This document shows positions 8,777-18,881 of a DNA stretch of 64,000 nt, one piece after another (position 1 is the first letter of the stretch; every line of letters begins with the position of its first letter). The stretch spans positions 1,056,001 through 1,120,000 of the forward strand of contig OZ244937.1 in assembly GCA_965222075.1 (NCBI GenBank), written 5' to 3'. The notes beneath the pieces were generated by a model. The model searched no databases and was not told the DNA's origin. It worked only from the letters and a program-made list of their open reading frames with translations. The stretch is from Candidatus Latescibacterota bacterium (GTDB lineage: Bacteria > Latescibacterota > UBA2968 > GCA-2709665). Position numbers and translations under genes: made by a program.

Positions 8777-10156
8777 ATGGATTTTCATCACGTTCTGAGC
8801 CAGGTCGAGCGTCCGTTTACGTTTGCGGTGGTGGGGGATACCCACTTTACGCTGCCGGAGTTCTCTCCAGATCCAGACGGGAGGAGGACCGCTCTCAGGC
8901 CACTGGATGTTGACCAATACGTCGAGAATGTGGCCTATGTCCTCTCTCCGATGATGGATGCTCTGAAGGCGGAGGCGCCGGCTTTTGTTGTGATGACGGG
9001 AGACCTGGTGGAGGGGCATGGAGACCCGGGGCGGGCGGAAATACAGGCGGGGCTGGATTTCTTCGATTCTTATGGTCTCCCGCTGTTGCTTGCCCGGGGA
9101 AACCACGACCGGGTAGAGGCGTTCGGTGAGGTCGTCCAGCCTTATCTTTCCCGGGTGCTGGGGAGGGAGCTGGAGGAGGGGCACTATTTCACAGATGTGG
9201 CCGGATGTCAGCTTGTGGTCTTAGATAGCACCACCTGGAAGCATGGAGGGGAACAGCATCGTTGGCTGGAGGATTTGCTGAAACAGAGCCGGAATATCGA
9301 CATTGATCGGACGTTCCTGTTTGGACACCACCCCATCTGGCCGGTGGCCCGGGCATTTTTTACCAATCTCGATTTTTGTCGGGATATGCCCGAACTCCTG
9401 GAACGGTATCCGGTGGATGCTTTTTTCTGCGGCCATACTCACAACCAGAGTATTATTATGCATCGGACCGGAAGGCAACCGGTCCTTCAGTTTATGGGGG
9501 CGCCGATCGGGTTGCCCGAGGAAATCCCAACGCCCTTAGACCGGGTGCAGGCGTTGCTCCCCCCCCCAGACGATTTGTTGACCTGCTGGCCGGGCTACCT
9601 TGAGAATACGGCGCCGGGGTGGTTTACGGTACGGGTGGGCAGGCAGTCGGTGAGGGTTGAGTGGCACCATCTGAATCGGGGAGCCGAAACCACGGTCCGG
9701 TGGCGTCGCCGGGGAGATCTTACCGCTTTTCGTGAGATGACGTACCCACCGGATGCACGGCTGATTTACAGTGACCTGAACCATATCCGAAGGGCCTGTT
9801 TGAGGTTTTGCGCCTGGGATGCCATACAGCCTGGAAAACGCGTTGTTCTAAACGGAAAAGAGATCGGCGTTTTGCCCCCGGGGAACGCGTTCGCCCCCGG
9901 CAGAATGGAACTGCCGGCGTGGGCGCTGGGCGGGCTCCGAATGGAGAACCGGATTGAGATTCAGGCTCCCGAAGATGAGGCGAGCACGGTGGGCAATCTG
10001 GTGCTGGAGGCCGTGCTGCCGGGTGGACGCTTCGTGCGCACACGTCCCACAGGGGAGATTTTTACCTGGTCCGATCGGTGGGATGCCTGGCGGCTGAGAA
10101 CGCTGCAGAAGGTGGCGCCGGGCAGATCGATTGTGACGCTGCTTTCGTTCTGGTAA
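8777..10156 (+). CDS. Calcineurin-like metallophosphoesterase with C-terminal extra domain
   Basis: Motifs GDTH, TGDLV, GNHD, GHHP, GHTH. ATG at 8777 preferred over 8681. Confidence 0.85.
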   Translation: MDFHHVLSQVERPFTFAVVGDTHFTLPEFSPDPDGRRTALRPLDVDQYVENVAYVLSPMMDALKAEAPAFVVMTGDLVEGHGDPGRAEIQAGLDFFDSYGLPLLLARGNHDRVEAFGEVVQPYLSRVLGRELEEGHYFTDVAGCQLVVLDSTTWKHGGEQHRWLEDLLKQSRNIDIDRTFLFGHHPIWPVARAFFTNLDFCRDMPELLERYPVDAFFCGHTHNQSIIMHRTGRQPVLQFMGAPIGLPEEIPTPLDRVQALLPPPDDLLTCWPGYLENTAPGWFTVRVGRQSVRVEWHHLNRGAETTVRWRRRGDLTAFREMTYPPDARLIYSDLNHIRRACLRFCAWDAIQPGKRVVLNGKEIGVLPPGNAFAPGRMELPAWALGGLRMENRIEIQAPEDEASTVGNLVLEAVLPGGRFVRTRPTGEIFTWSDRWDAWRLRTLQKVAPGRSIVTLLSFW

Positions 10157-10207
10157 GGGCAGATGTGAAACGACGAATTGTACTTAGTAAGGGAGACATA
10201 GAACGCG

Positions 10208-12310
10208 ATGCGTAAAGCGCAATTCACCAACCGCCTGACCCACGAGACAAGCCCCTACCTGTTGCAACATGCCCACAATCCGGTGGACTGGTATGCCTGG
10301 GGAGAAGAGGCGCTGGAGGTGGCCCGCAAAGAAGACAAGCCGATCTTTCTGAGCATCGGGTATTCGGCCTGTCACTGGTGCCATGTGATGGAGCACGAAT
10401 CGTTTGAGAGCGAAGCGATTGCGGCAATCATGAACGCGCACTTTGTGAATATCAAGGTCGATCGGGAAGAACGGCCCGACCTGGACGAGATTTACATGAA
10501 CGCCGTGCAGATGATGACGGGGTCGGGCGGCTGGCCGATGAGCGTTTTTTTGACGCCGGAGGGGGTGCCGTTTTACGGCGGGACGTATTTTCCTCCCGAG
10601 AGCCAATACGGCCGTCCGGGGTTTCGTGAGGTCCTGCTGGCCGTATCGCGACACTATCGGGCAAACCGGGAGAAGGTTGGGGAGACGGGCGGCAGGCTGA
10701 TGGAGGGGTTGCAGCGGCTTGCCCGGTTGCAGACCACGGAAGGGGAGTTGGATGCAAACCTGCCATCGGCGGCCTTTTCACGGATTGCCCGGAATTTTGA
10801 CGCGAGGAACGGAGGGTTTGGCTCTCAACCGAAATTTCCGAATACGATGAACCTGTCGGTTTTTCTCCGGGAATTCGCACGAACGGAAACCCCGCAAGCG
10901 CTGGATATGGTGAAACTGACGCTGGAGAAGATGGCACGCGGGGGGATTTACGATCAGCTTGGGGGCGGGTTCCACCGCTATTCGGTCGATGACCGGTGGC
11001 TGGTGCCCCACTTTGAGAAGATGCTCTACGACAACGCTTTGCTCGCGAAGCTCTACCTGGAGGCCTACCAGGCAACCGGCAACCCCTTCCTGCAACGGAT
11101 TGTGCGGGAGACCCTGGCCTATGTGATGCGGGAGATGACCGATCCGGAAGGGGGGTTTTACTCAACGCAGGATGCCGACAGCGAGGGGGAAGAGGGGAAG
11201 TTTTTCGTTTGGGACCCAGAAGAGGTCGAAGCCCTGATGGGAGTGGAGGATGCGCCCCTCTTTTGCCGATACTTCGGCGTCAGCCCGGAAGGAAACTTCG
11301 AACACGGCAAGAGCATCCTGAACGTATCGGTCGACTTAGAGGACCTGGCAAAGTTTCTGAAGGTAGACGAACAGAGGCTGGCCGATGCCGTTGAACGGGG
11401 GCGGAAGGCGCTGTTCGAGGCGCGAGAAAAACGGGTAAAGCCCGGACGGGACGAGAAGATCCAGGTAAACTGGAACGGACTGATGATTTCGGCGTTTGCC
11501 GCGGCCTACCAGACGCTGCGGGAACCGGCCTACCTGCAAACGGCCGAGCAGGCGGCCCGGTTTATCCTGGACCGGATGCGGACCGGGGAGGGGTACCTCC
11601 TGCATACCTATAAGGATGGACGGGCGCGTTTTACGGGGTACCAGGACGATTATGCCTTCCTGATCAACGCCTCAGTCGATCTCTACGGGGCGACGTTTGA
11701 CCTGGCATGGCTGAAGGCGGCGCAGGGGTTGGCCGAGCTTATGGTCGAACAATTCTGGGACGACGCAGAGGGGGGGTTCTTCTTCATTGGCAGGGACCAC
11801 GAGGAATTGATCGTCCGGTCGAAGAACCCTTACGACAACGCCATTCCTTCCGGGAATTCCGTCGGCGCGATGGCGTTGATGCGGTTGGGGACCATTCTGG
11901 GTCGAAAGGATTTCTGTGAGAAGGCCGAGCGGACGCTGAGGCTGTTTCAGCCGTTCATGCGCGAGATGCCGTCGGGATTTGGGCAGATGGTTTGTGCGCT
12001 TGATTTCTTTCTCCAGCGTCCCGTGGAGGTGGTCATTGTAGGGCCGCTGCAGGCTGACGAGACACAGGGCCTTTTGGCGGCGGTGCGGAAGCGGTGGCTG
12101 CCAAACCACGTGGTGACGCTTTGCGACTTGGAAGGGGACGGTGAGGCCCTGGAGATGATTCCCCAACTGCCCGGCAAGAAACAGGTGGATGGAAGGCCCA
12201 CGGCCTATGTGTGCCGGGATTTGACCTGTTCTGCCCCGGTCACGGAGATCAGTGCGCTGGAGGCGCTGTTGGAAGACAGGGGTCGGGGGTCGGGAGTCGG
12301 GGGGCGGTAG
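10208..12310 (+). CDS. yyaL: Thioredoxin-domain protein, YyaL/SSP411 family
   Basis: [53 protein letters not shown]. Confidence 0.92.
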   Translation: MRKAQFTNRLTHETSPYLLQHAHNPVDWYAWGEEALEVARKEDKPIFLSIGYSACHWCHVMEHESFESEAIAAIMNAHFVNIKVDREERPDLDEIYMNAVQMMTGSGGWPMSVFLTPEGVPFYGGTYFPPESQYGRPGFREVLLAVSRHYRANREKVGETGGRLMEGLQRLARLQTTEGELDANLPSAAFSRIARNFDARNGGFGSQPKFPNTMNLSVFLREFARTETPQALDMVKLTLEKMARGGIYDQLGGGFHRYSVDDRWLVPHFEKMLYDNALLAKLYLEAYQATGNPFLQRIVRETLAYVMREMTDPEGGFYSTQDADSEGEEGKFFVWDPEEVEALMGVEDAPLFCRYFGVSPEGNFEHGKSILNVSVDLEDLAKFLKVDEQRLADAVERGRKALFEAREKRVKPGRDEKIQVNWNGLMISAFAAAYQTLREPAYLQTAEQAARFILDRMRTGEGYLLHTYKDGRARFTGYQDDYAFLINASVDLYGATFDLAWLKAAQGLAELMVEQFWDDAEGGFFFIGRDHEELIVRSKNPYDNAIPSGNSVGAMALMRLGTILGRKDFCEKAERTLRLFQPFMREMPSGFGQMVCALDFFLQRPVEVVIVGPLQADETQGLLAAVRKRWLPNHVVTLCDLEGDGEALEMIPQLPGKKQVDGRPTAYVCRDLTCSAPVTEISALEALLEDRGRGSGVGGR

Positions 12311-12330
12311 GAGCGACCGACCGGTCGCCC
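12307..12330 (+). repeat. GTAG-type REP-like palindrome
   Basis: GTAGGAGCGACCGACCGGTCGCCC has a GTAG foot plus a GCGACC/GGTCGC stem, the same design as the units at 26755-26819. Its TAG is the yyaL stop codon. Confidence 0.55.
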
Positions 12331-12379
12331 GTTGTGATCGCCATTGTTCAATAACCCATTTATAAGACAGGAGGTCAGG

Positions 12380-12928
12380 ATGGCGGATGTCCTTATCGTT
12401 GGCGACGGCCCAGGGGGGTTGAGCGCTGCGTTGTTTTTGGCCAAGAATGCGGTGGATGTTACGGTTTTGGGTCAGGATACCACGCCTGTGCACAAGGCAA
12501 TGTTCTACAACTACCTGGGCATTCCGAAGATGACCGGAAGTGAGTTTCAGAAAATCGGTCGTGAACAGGTCAAAAGTTTCGGAGCCGAGATCCACGATGT
12601 GAAGGTCAGCGCCACGGAAAAGACCGAGGGCGGCTTTGCGGTTACCACCGTGGGGGGAGATCGTCATGAGGGGAAATACCTGATCCTCGCGACGGGGACC
12701 AACGTGCAACTCGCGCAAAGTCTGGGCCTGACAAAGGGAAAAGACGGACTTGAGGTAGACCGGGATGGCCGGACTTCCGTTGAAGGGCTTTATGCGTTGG
12801 GCTGGAGTACGCGGCTAAAAAAAACCCAGGCGATTATCTCGGCCGGTCAGGGAGCTGCCACGGCGCTGGATATTCTCTCTACAGAGACCGGAGAAGAGGG
12901 GTTTCACGATTTCGACGTTGTGGAATAA
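12380..12928 (+). CDS. Short FAD-dependent oxidoreductase (thioredoxin reductase-like, FAD domain only)
   Basis: DVLIVGDGPGGLSAAL, LILATG, TSVEGLYALG, QAIISAGQGA. RBS AGGAGG. Confidence 0.8.
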   Translation: MADVLIVGDGPGGLSAALFLAKNAVDVTVLGQDTTPVHKAMFYNYLGIPKMTGSEFQKIGREQVKSFGAEIHDVKVSATEKTEGGFAVTTVGGDRHEGKYLILATGTNVQLAQSLGLTKGKDGLEVDRDGRTSVEGLYALGWSTRLKKTQAIISAGQGAATALDILSTETGEEGFHDFDVVE

Positions 12929-12950
12929 CGGCAAGAACGCCGGTGAAGCA

Positions 12951-12980
12951 GGCCCCGCCGATTCGGTGCTCGGTGGGGCC
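12951..12980. terminator. Hairpin between convergent genes
   Basis: GGCCCCGCCGA pairs with TCGGTGGGGCC. Confidence 0.45.
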
Positions 12981-13021
12981 ATTCATTTGAACCAGGGTGG
13001 GGGAGACGCCGCCTGAACGAT

Positions 13022-13597
13022 TCATTCGAATTTTAGCGCTCGGCGTTCGATGGTGACGCTTTCTATGACGACTCTTCGGAGGGGGTTGTGATTTTTGTCC
13101 CGTTTGACAAGGGAGATTTTTTTGGTCACGTCCAGGCCGTCCACGACGTACCCGAAGACGGTGTAGCCATGATCGAGGTGAGGCTGAGGGTCCACACAGA
13201 TGTAGAACTGGCTGCCGTTTGACTCCCGCTGCGGGTTGGCTTCGTCCGGCGCTCGGGCCGCAGCGAGCGCCCCCCGGATGTGCCTGTGTTTGAATTCCGG
13301 CGCAAGGGTGTAGCCCGGCCCCCCAGTGCCATCGTTGAAACGGTCTTTGTCCTTGCTGTTGGGGTCGCCTCCCTGGATCATGAAACCGGGAATGACCCTG
13401 TGGAATGTGGCGCCGTTGTAAAAGCCGTCCCGCGCGAGCTTTTTAAAGTTGCTCACGTGTTTGGGGGTATCGTCGTAGAAGGCAACGACAATGGTCCCCA
13501 GGTTGGTCCGGATCACACCGACTTCCTTACCTTTCTCGCCGCAGGCGACCAGGGCGAGAGAAAAAAAAAGGCACCATCCGAAACGCCAGATGTCCAT
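13022..13597 (-). CDS. Cyclophilin-type peptidyl-prolyl isomerase, lipoprotein
   Basis: FHRVIPGFMIQGGDP, NGSQFYI, HLDHGYTVFG. Lipobox LVAC. Confidence 0.93.
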   Translation of the reverse strand: MDIWRFGWCLFFSLALVACGEKGKEVGVIRTNLGTIVVAFYDDTPKHVSNFKKLARDGFYNGATFHRVIPGFMIQGGDPNSKDKDRFNDGTGGPGYTLAPEFKHRHIRGALAAARAPDEANPQRESNGSQFYICVDPQPHLDHGYTVFGYVVDGLDVTKKISLVKRDKNHNPLRRVVIESVTIERRALKFE

Positions 13598-13663
13598 GTT
13601 CCCTCCTGAATAGGTGAAATGTGAAACGGCAGAAAAAAGTTGCGAGTCAAAGTCGAAAACCGG

Positions 13664-14755
13664 TCAATAATACCGCTGGGGCGCGTCTTTTTTTGGAGCA
13701 GGTGGCCTTTGCGGTCCGTCTTTTTCCGGGATGCTGTCTTGATCAAGGATTTTTCGAGAGACGTAGACGGGCAGGTTCATCCGTACGGCTAAGGCCATGG
13801 CGTCGCTGGGACGCGAATCGATCTGGATGGAGGTCCCATCGGCCTTCCGGAGGGTCAGGATGGCGCGGTAAGCGCTGTTTTGGGTCTCATCGGTTAGAAC
13901 GTCCACCAGGATGGAAGTGATCCGGATGCCGGTGTATTCCAGGACAGACTGGAACAGGTCGTGGGTGAGGGGGCGGGGAAAGTCCTGGTTATAGAGCTTG
14001 CGCACAATTGCCATGGCCTCACATTTGCCGATCCAGATGGGAAGAAACCGCGCTTCCATCGGATCGTGGAGAAAGGCAACGTACTGCCGAAGAGAATCGA
14101 GGCCTATGTTGTAGACATCGGTTTTGACTGGTTCCCCTTCGGATGACCGGGGGGACTGGACGGGTGGGGCGGGCAGGTCGCCCAGCGCCTCTTTGAGGGG
14201 GGCGGGCTTTTGAGGCACATGCTTTGTCGTGCTGTTTTGATCGAGGATTTTTCCAGAGACATAGACGGGCAGGTTCATCCGTACGGCTAAGGCCATGGCG
14301 TCGCTGGGACGCGAATCGATCTGGATGGAGGTCCCATCGGCCTTCCGGAGGGTCAGGATGGCGAAATAGGTAAAGGTGTCCGTGTCCTGGGCCAGGGGGC
14401 GCAACTGGTCCACCAGGATGGAGGTGATCCGGATGCCGGTGTATTCCAGGACAGACTGGAACAGGTCGTGGGTGAGGGGGCGGGGAAAGTCCTGGTTATA
14501 GAGCTTGCGTGCAATTGCCATGGCCTCACATTTGCCGATCCAGATGGGGAGAAACCGCTTTTCCACCGGATCGTGGAGAAAGGCAACGTACTGCCGAAGA
14601 GAATCGAGGTCTATGTTGTAGACATCGGTCTTGACAGCATCCGGTACCGTGAGGCCCTGGGCAGATGCTGTGGAAGGGTTGTATCCACCTGCGTAGAGGC
14701 TTACCGTGCAGCCGAGGAGAGCAAGAAGATGCCGGAGCAAACCGATGGTGGCCAT
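13664..14755 (-). CDS. Tandem bifunctional nuclease (DUF151/BFN) domain protein with N-terminal signal peptide
   Basis: Two copies of FLPIWIGKCEAMAI...PRPLTHDL...IDSRPSDAMALAVR. Hydrophobic N-terminus LLRHLLALLGCTVSLYA. Confidence 0.85.
   Translation of the reverse strand: MATIGLLRHLLALLGCTVSLYAGGYNPSTASAQGLTVPDAVKTDVYNIDLDSLRQYVAFLHDPVEKRFLPIWIGKCEAMAIARKLYNQDFPRPLTHDLFQSVLEYTGIRITSILVDQLRPLAQDTDTFTYFAILTLRKADGTSIQIDSRPSDAMALAVRMNLPVYVSGKILDQNSTTKHVPQKPAPLKEALGDLPAPPVQSPRSSEGEPVKTDVYNIGLDSLRQYVAFLHDPMEARFLPIWIGKCEAMAIVRKLYNQDFPRPLTHDLFQSVLEYTGIRITSILVDVLTDETQNSAYRAILTLRKADGTSIQIDSRPSDAMALAVRMNLPVYVSRKILDQDSIPEKDGPQRPPAPKKDAPQRYY
13741..14635. repeat. Intragenic direct repeat, about 390 bp x2 (13741-14128 and 14239-14635)
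   Basis: 13764-13865 is identical to 14262-14363 (102 bp). 13901-14128 vs 14408-14635 differ at about 9 of 228 nt by eye. Confidence 0.95.
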
Positions 14756-14916
14756 CGTGCCCCCTTTCCGGCCAGTGGATCCGATTCTCGGTTGAGATAC
14801 CCCTTACTCGGGTGGTCGTTGATTCCGGGTTGGGGCTCGAATTTTCGCAGGAAAATATAGGGGGGATCTGCGTTTGAAGCAACCCAAAACTTTAGAATGG
14901 TCGGCCGGTTTGCAGG

Positions 14917-14945
14917 TTGACAAGATCTCAGAAATATTCTATCTT
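14917..14945 (+). promoter_or_regulatory. Sigma70-type promoter of yicC operon
   Basis: TTGACA-17 nt-TATCTT. Confidence 0.6.
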
Positions 14946-15013
14946 TACAAGCTACGTAATTTTATAGACTTCGGTTGGGAACAAGAATAGACGTGCAGCC
15001 GTGAGGAGGGACG

Positions 15014-15892
15014 ATGGTTGCCAGTATGACCGGTTTTGGCAGGGGAGAGACCGAGGCAGACGGCTATTGGACATCGGTGGAAGTTCGATCGGTCAACGGG
15101 CGCTATGGGGATGTATCGGTACACCTGCCCCGGACGCTGGCGGAATTGGAGTCCAGAATCAAGGAGGTGGTGCTTTCCACCATTTCCCGAGGGCACGTCA
15201 GCGTCTCCATAACGCTGAAAGGTGAAGCGGTGGGGTGGGGTGTTCCGGTTGTAAACGTGGGGATTCTGGAGGCCTACAAGGAGGGGCTGGAGGTTCTAAA
15301 GGTCCAGATGGGGCTGTCCGGAGAGGTGGACCTGATGCAGGCGGCCATGCTGCCCAATATTTTCGAATTTGAAACCAAAGCACCCGACGTAGAAGCGATC
15401 TGGGCGGTTGTGGAACCCGCCTGCCAGGCGGGCGTGGCCCAGTGCCAGGCTATGCGGCGGATGGAGGGTGAAAAGCTGGCTCAGGACCTTGTGAACCGTA
15501 TTGGGAGGTTAGAGACCCTGGTTTGCAAAGTCGAAGAACTGGCCCCTGCGCGTGTGGAGACGGTTCGGCAGAAGTTAGAGAAGAAGCTCCAGGAATTCCT
15601 CGCCCCGGAACAGGTCGACGAGAACCGACTGCTCATGGAGGTCGCTCTGCTTGCCGAGCGCAGCGATATTACGGAAGAGTACGTCCGGTTCCGCAGCCAC
15701 AACGCGCAATTTCTCCAGACGCTCACATGGGATGAGGCAGTGGGACGGCGGCTGAATTTTCTCCTCCAGGAGATGCTCCGGGAAGCCAATACCATCGGAT
15801 CGAAGGCCGGCGATGTGGAAATTGCCCATCTGGTGGTGGAGATGAAAGAGGAGATTGAGAAGCTCAAAGAGCAGGTGCAGAATATCGAGTAG
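15014..15892 (+). CDS. yicC: YicC/YloC family endoribonuclease
   Basis: SMTGFGR, EVRSVNGRY, GRRLNFLLQEMLREANTIGSK, KEQVQNIE. Confidence 0.95.
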   Translation: MVASMTGFGRGETEADGYWTSVEVRSVNGRYGDVSVHLPRTLAELESRIKEVVLSTISRGHVSVSITLKGEAVGWGVPVVNVGILEAYKEGLEVLKVQMGLSGEVDLMQAAMLPNIFEFETKAPDVEAIWAVVEPACQAGVAQCQAMRRMEGEKLAQDLVNRIGRLETLVCKVEELAPARVETVRQKLEKKLQEFLAPEQVDENRLLMEVALLAERSDITEEYVRFRSHNAQFLQTLTWDEAVGRRLNFLLQEMLREANTIGSKAGDVEIAHLVVEMKEEIEKLKEQVQNIE

Positions 15893-15938
15893 CCGGTTTT
15901 TCCTTGCGCCGGGGAGGATGTCCTTGGGGCCCTGTTTT

Positions 15939-16634
15939 ATGGATAAACAGCTTTCTGCTGAGCATGCCGGCGTTTTAATCGAGCTGAACGAACGGCTTAA
16001 CCTGAATCCCAGGGCGTTTGCCCTTGTGGTGTCGGGGCCTTCGGGGGTCGGCAAGTCGTCGATCTGTAAAGGCGTTTTGGAGCAAGACCCGGGCGTACAG
16101 CCCTGTGTGACAACCACCACCCGTATCAAAAGGCCCGGAGAAGTAGAGGGTGTAGACCACCATTTTATCTCGGAAGCGGTCTTTGGCGAGAAGGTGGCCC
16201 GGGGAGAATTTATCGAGCGGGCGGAAGTTTATGGGTTCTATTATGGCGCAACAATTGACGCCGTTTCAACGGCGCTGGCCAATGGGCAGGTGGTGTTGCT
16301 GGATGTGGATGTGCAGGGCGCGGCGACCTGGAAGGAGGTATTCAAGGACCGATGTGTGACCGTCTTTGTCCTTCCGCCTTCCATAGCGGTGCTTAAAAGG
16401 CGCCTGGAGGGACGAAAGACGGAAGCAAAAACAGCCTTCCGAAGGAGGATGGAAAGTGTTTGGAAGGAAATCGGGCAGGCGGAGTCGTACGATTATCTGA
16501 TTATCAATCACAGCCTGGAGCAGGCGATTCCGGATCTTCAAGCGATTATTCGGGCAGAGAAACGCCGGCCCTGGCGGATGCAGGACGTTCTCTCTGGATT
16601 CGGCGTTTCGCAAGGAGCGGACGATTCAACTTAA
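15939..16634 (+). CDS. gmk: Guanylate kinase
   Basis: VVSGPSGVGKS, TTR..RPGEVEG, LDVDVQGA. Start uncertain (15918 or 15939). Confidence 0.93.
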   Translation: MDKQLSAEHAGVLIELNERLNLNPRAFALVVSGPSGVGKSSICKGVLEQDPGVQPCVTTTTRIKRPGEVEGVDHHFISEAVFGEKVARGEFIERAEVYGFYYGATIDAVSTALANGQVVLLDVDVQGAATWKEVFKDRCVTVFVLPPSIAVLKRRLEGRKTEAKTAFRRRMESVWKEIGQAESYDYLIINHSLEQAIPDLQAIIRAEKRRPWRMQDVLSGFGVSQGADDST

Positions 16635-16654
16635 CCTGGGGAAGGGTGCACCCA

Positions 16655-16921
16655 ATGCCGGAGCTTTTCTTTTTAGAAGAAATCAGCGGAAGCGAGATTA
16701 ACCCTTATGAAGCGGTTACCCTTGCTTCACGAGAGGCCCGTCGAATCAACCAGACGCGTCAGATGGTCGAGATATCCGAAGGTCAGGAGAAGCCGACGAC
16801 GCTTGCGCTGAAACGGCTGGTCGAAAAAAAGGTCCGTCTTGTCGGTGAGGGGGAGGCTGAGGAGATCGAAGAGGGAGGCCATGGCACCTCTAAACCAGAA
16901 GCGGATACTGCTGGGCGTTAG
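16655..16921 (+). CDS. rpoZ: RNA polymerase omega subunit
   Basis: NPYEAVTLASREARRIN...KPTTLAL. Canonical gmk-rpoZ-coaBC position. Confidence 0.8.
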   Translation: MPELFFLEEISGSEINPYEAVTLASREARRINQTRQMVEISEGQEKPTTLALKRLVEKKVRLVGEGEAEEIEEGGHGTSKPEADTAGR

Positions 16922-18080
16922 CGGCGGGATCGCAGCGTATAAGGCAGTGGAGGTCCTTCGAGGGCTGCAGCAGATGGGGGCCGAGGTGCGGGTGGTCATG
17001 ACGGCTGCTGCGACGAAGTTTATTCAGCCGCTCACCTTTGAGGCGCTGTCGCATCACCGGGTCTATGCCGACCTGTTCCCGGAAGAGGGGGACCCGGACG
17101 TCATCCATGTCAGGCTGGGCGGGTGGGCCGACCTGGTGCTGATTGCGCCGGCCACGGCCAATCTGATCGGCAAGATGGCCAACGGCCTGGCAGACGATCT
17201 GCTGACCTGTGTGCTGCTGGCGACCCGGGCGCCTGTTATGCTGGCCCCGGCCATGGAGACCCGGATGTACGAACATCCAGCGGTTCAGCGCAACCTCGGC
17301 CGCCTGCGGGAAGCGGGATACCGGGTCGTGGATCCGGAAGTGGGTGAGTTGGCCTCCGGAGCGCATGGGGTGGGACGGCTGGCTGCGCCGGAGCGGATTG
17401 TGGAGGCGGTTGTGGGTGACCTGGGGCGGTCAGACGCGTTTTGCGGCCGACGGATTGTGGTCACGGCGGGCCGGACCGAAGAGGATATCGATCCGGTCCG
17501 GTTTTTGACCAACCGGTCGACGGGGAAGATGGGCTATGCGGTTGCACGCCAGGCCCGTCTGAGGGGGGGGGATGTGGTCTTGATCAGCGGGCCGGCCAGC
17601 CTGGATGTCCCGCCGGGGGTGGAGGTGGTGCGGGTGCGGACGGTCGCGGAGATGCGCGAGGCCACAACAAAGGTGTTCCAGGGGGCCGATGCCCTGATTA
17701 TGACCGCAGCGGTTCTGGATTTCAGGCCGAAACAGGTGGCTGCATCGAAGATTAAGAAGGCGGAAGAAGGGCTGAGACTGGACCTGATTCCCACTGAAGA
17801 TTTCCTGGTCGAGCTGGGGGCGTGCAAAGGGGAACGGGTGGTGGTCGGGTTTGCGATGGAGACCGAAGATGGGGTGGCCAACGCCCGGAAAAAGCTGAAG
17901 GCCAAACAGTTAGACCTGATTGTGCTGAACGATCTGACCGTGCAGGGCGCCGGGTTCGGAGTGGACACCAATGTGGTGAGCCTGATCGACCAAAGGGGCA
18001 AAACCGAAGCCCTGCCCCGAATGTCGAAGATAGAGGTGGCCGACCGGATCCTGGATTGGGTTGCCAGGCGGTGGCAGTGA
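16881..18080 (+). CDS. coaBC: Phosphopantothenoylcysteine decarboxylase/synthase
   Basis: ILLGVSGGIAAYK, APATAN, APAM, IDPVRFLTNRSTGKMG, VGFAMET. Confidence 0.96.
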   Translation: MAPLNQKRILLGVSGGIAAYKAVEVLRGLQQMGAEVRVVMTAAATKFIQPLTFEALSHHRVYADLFPEEGDPDVIHVRLGGWADLVLIAPATANLIGKMANGLADDLLTCVLLATRAPVMLAPAMETRMYEHPAVQRNLGRLREAGYRVVDPEVGELASGAHGVGRLAAPERIVEAVVGDLGRSDAFCGRRIVVTAGRTEEDIDPVRFLTNRSTGKMGYAVARQARLRGGDVVLISGPASLDVPPGVEVVRVRTVAEMREATTKVFQGADALIMTAAVLDFRPKQVAASKIKKAEEGLRLDLIPTEDFLVELGACKGERVVVGFAMETEDGVANARKKLKAKQLDLIVLNDLTVQGAGFGVDTNVVSLIDQRGKTEALPRMSKIEVADRILDWVARRWQ

Positions 18081-18111
18081 CGCAATCGCGGAATGGGAGG
18101 GAGGTCTGATT

Positions 18112-18804
18112 GTGGAAGAGGCCAATGTCGACCGGGAGATTCTGGATACGATCGAGGAGGCCCGGGAATTTTTGAGACAGCAGGCCGACTTGGGAATCAC
18201 CGATCTCCCAAAGGTAGAGGTCTCATCCTCGTCTTTGGCGTCCAAGGCGAGCCAGCTTGGGGCGTTTCACGATTCCATCCGGGATTGCCAGGGGTGTCGG
18301 CTGTTTGAAGGCCGCCGCGCCGTTGTCTTTGGAAGTGGAACTCCAGACGCGGACGTGATGTTTATCGGTGAGGCCCCAGGACGGGAGGAGGACCGGCAGG
18401 GGCTGCCCTTTGTAGGGGCGGCTGGGGAGTTGCTGACGCGGATGATCGAATCGACCGGGCTGCGCCGGGAGGAGGTCTACATTGCCAACGTCATCAAGTG
18501 TCGTCCACCCAGCAACCGGGATCCGGAACCGGACGAGGTGGCCAGCTGCGAGCCTTATCTGGTGCGACAGATTGAGATCGTCAAGCCGCTGGTGATCTGT
18601 ACCCTGGGCCGGTTTGCCGCTCAGGCTCTGTTGAAGACGACCGAATCGATGGGGAGGTTGCGCGGGCGGGTCTTTGTCTATGAGGGGATCAAGTTGATTC
18701 CGACCTACCACCCGGCGGCGTTGCTGCGCAATCCTCAGTGGAAGCGCCCGGCCTGGGAGGATTTGAAGCTGGTCCGAAGGGAGTACGACGGGCTGGAACT
18801 CTGA
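18112..18804 (+). CDS. Uracil-DNA glycosylase, family 4 (Fe-S)
   Basis: [35 protein letters not shown]. Confidence 0.93.
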   Translation: MEEANVDREILDTIEEAREFLRQQADLGITDLPKVEVSSSSLASKASQLGAFHDSIRDCQGCRLFEGRRAVVFGSGTPDADVMFIGEAPGREEDRQGLPFVGAAGELLTRMIESTGLRREEVYIANVIKCRPPSNRDPEPDEVASCEPYLVRQIEIVKPLVICTLGRFAAQALLKTTESMGRLRGRVFVYEGIKLIPTYHPAALLRNPQWKRPAWEDLKLVRREYDGLEL

Positions 18805-18881
18805 AAAATCTCCCACAAACGGTTCCAAATGGCTTAATATACCACAAATATTATCCACGCTCCGATGGACATGTTCACCTT

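Noticed and set aside
13664-14755. Diversity-generating retroelement template/variable repeat pair
   Set aside because: Both copies are in-frame domains of one gene, the differences are not confined to adenines, and there is no reverse transcriptase in the window.
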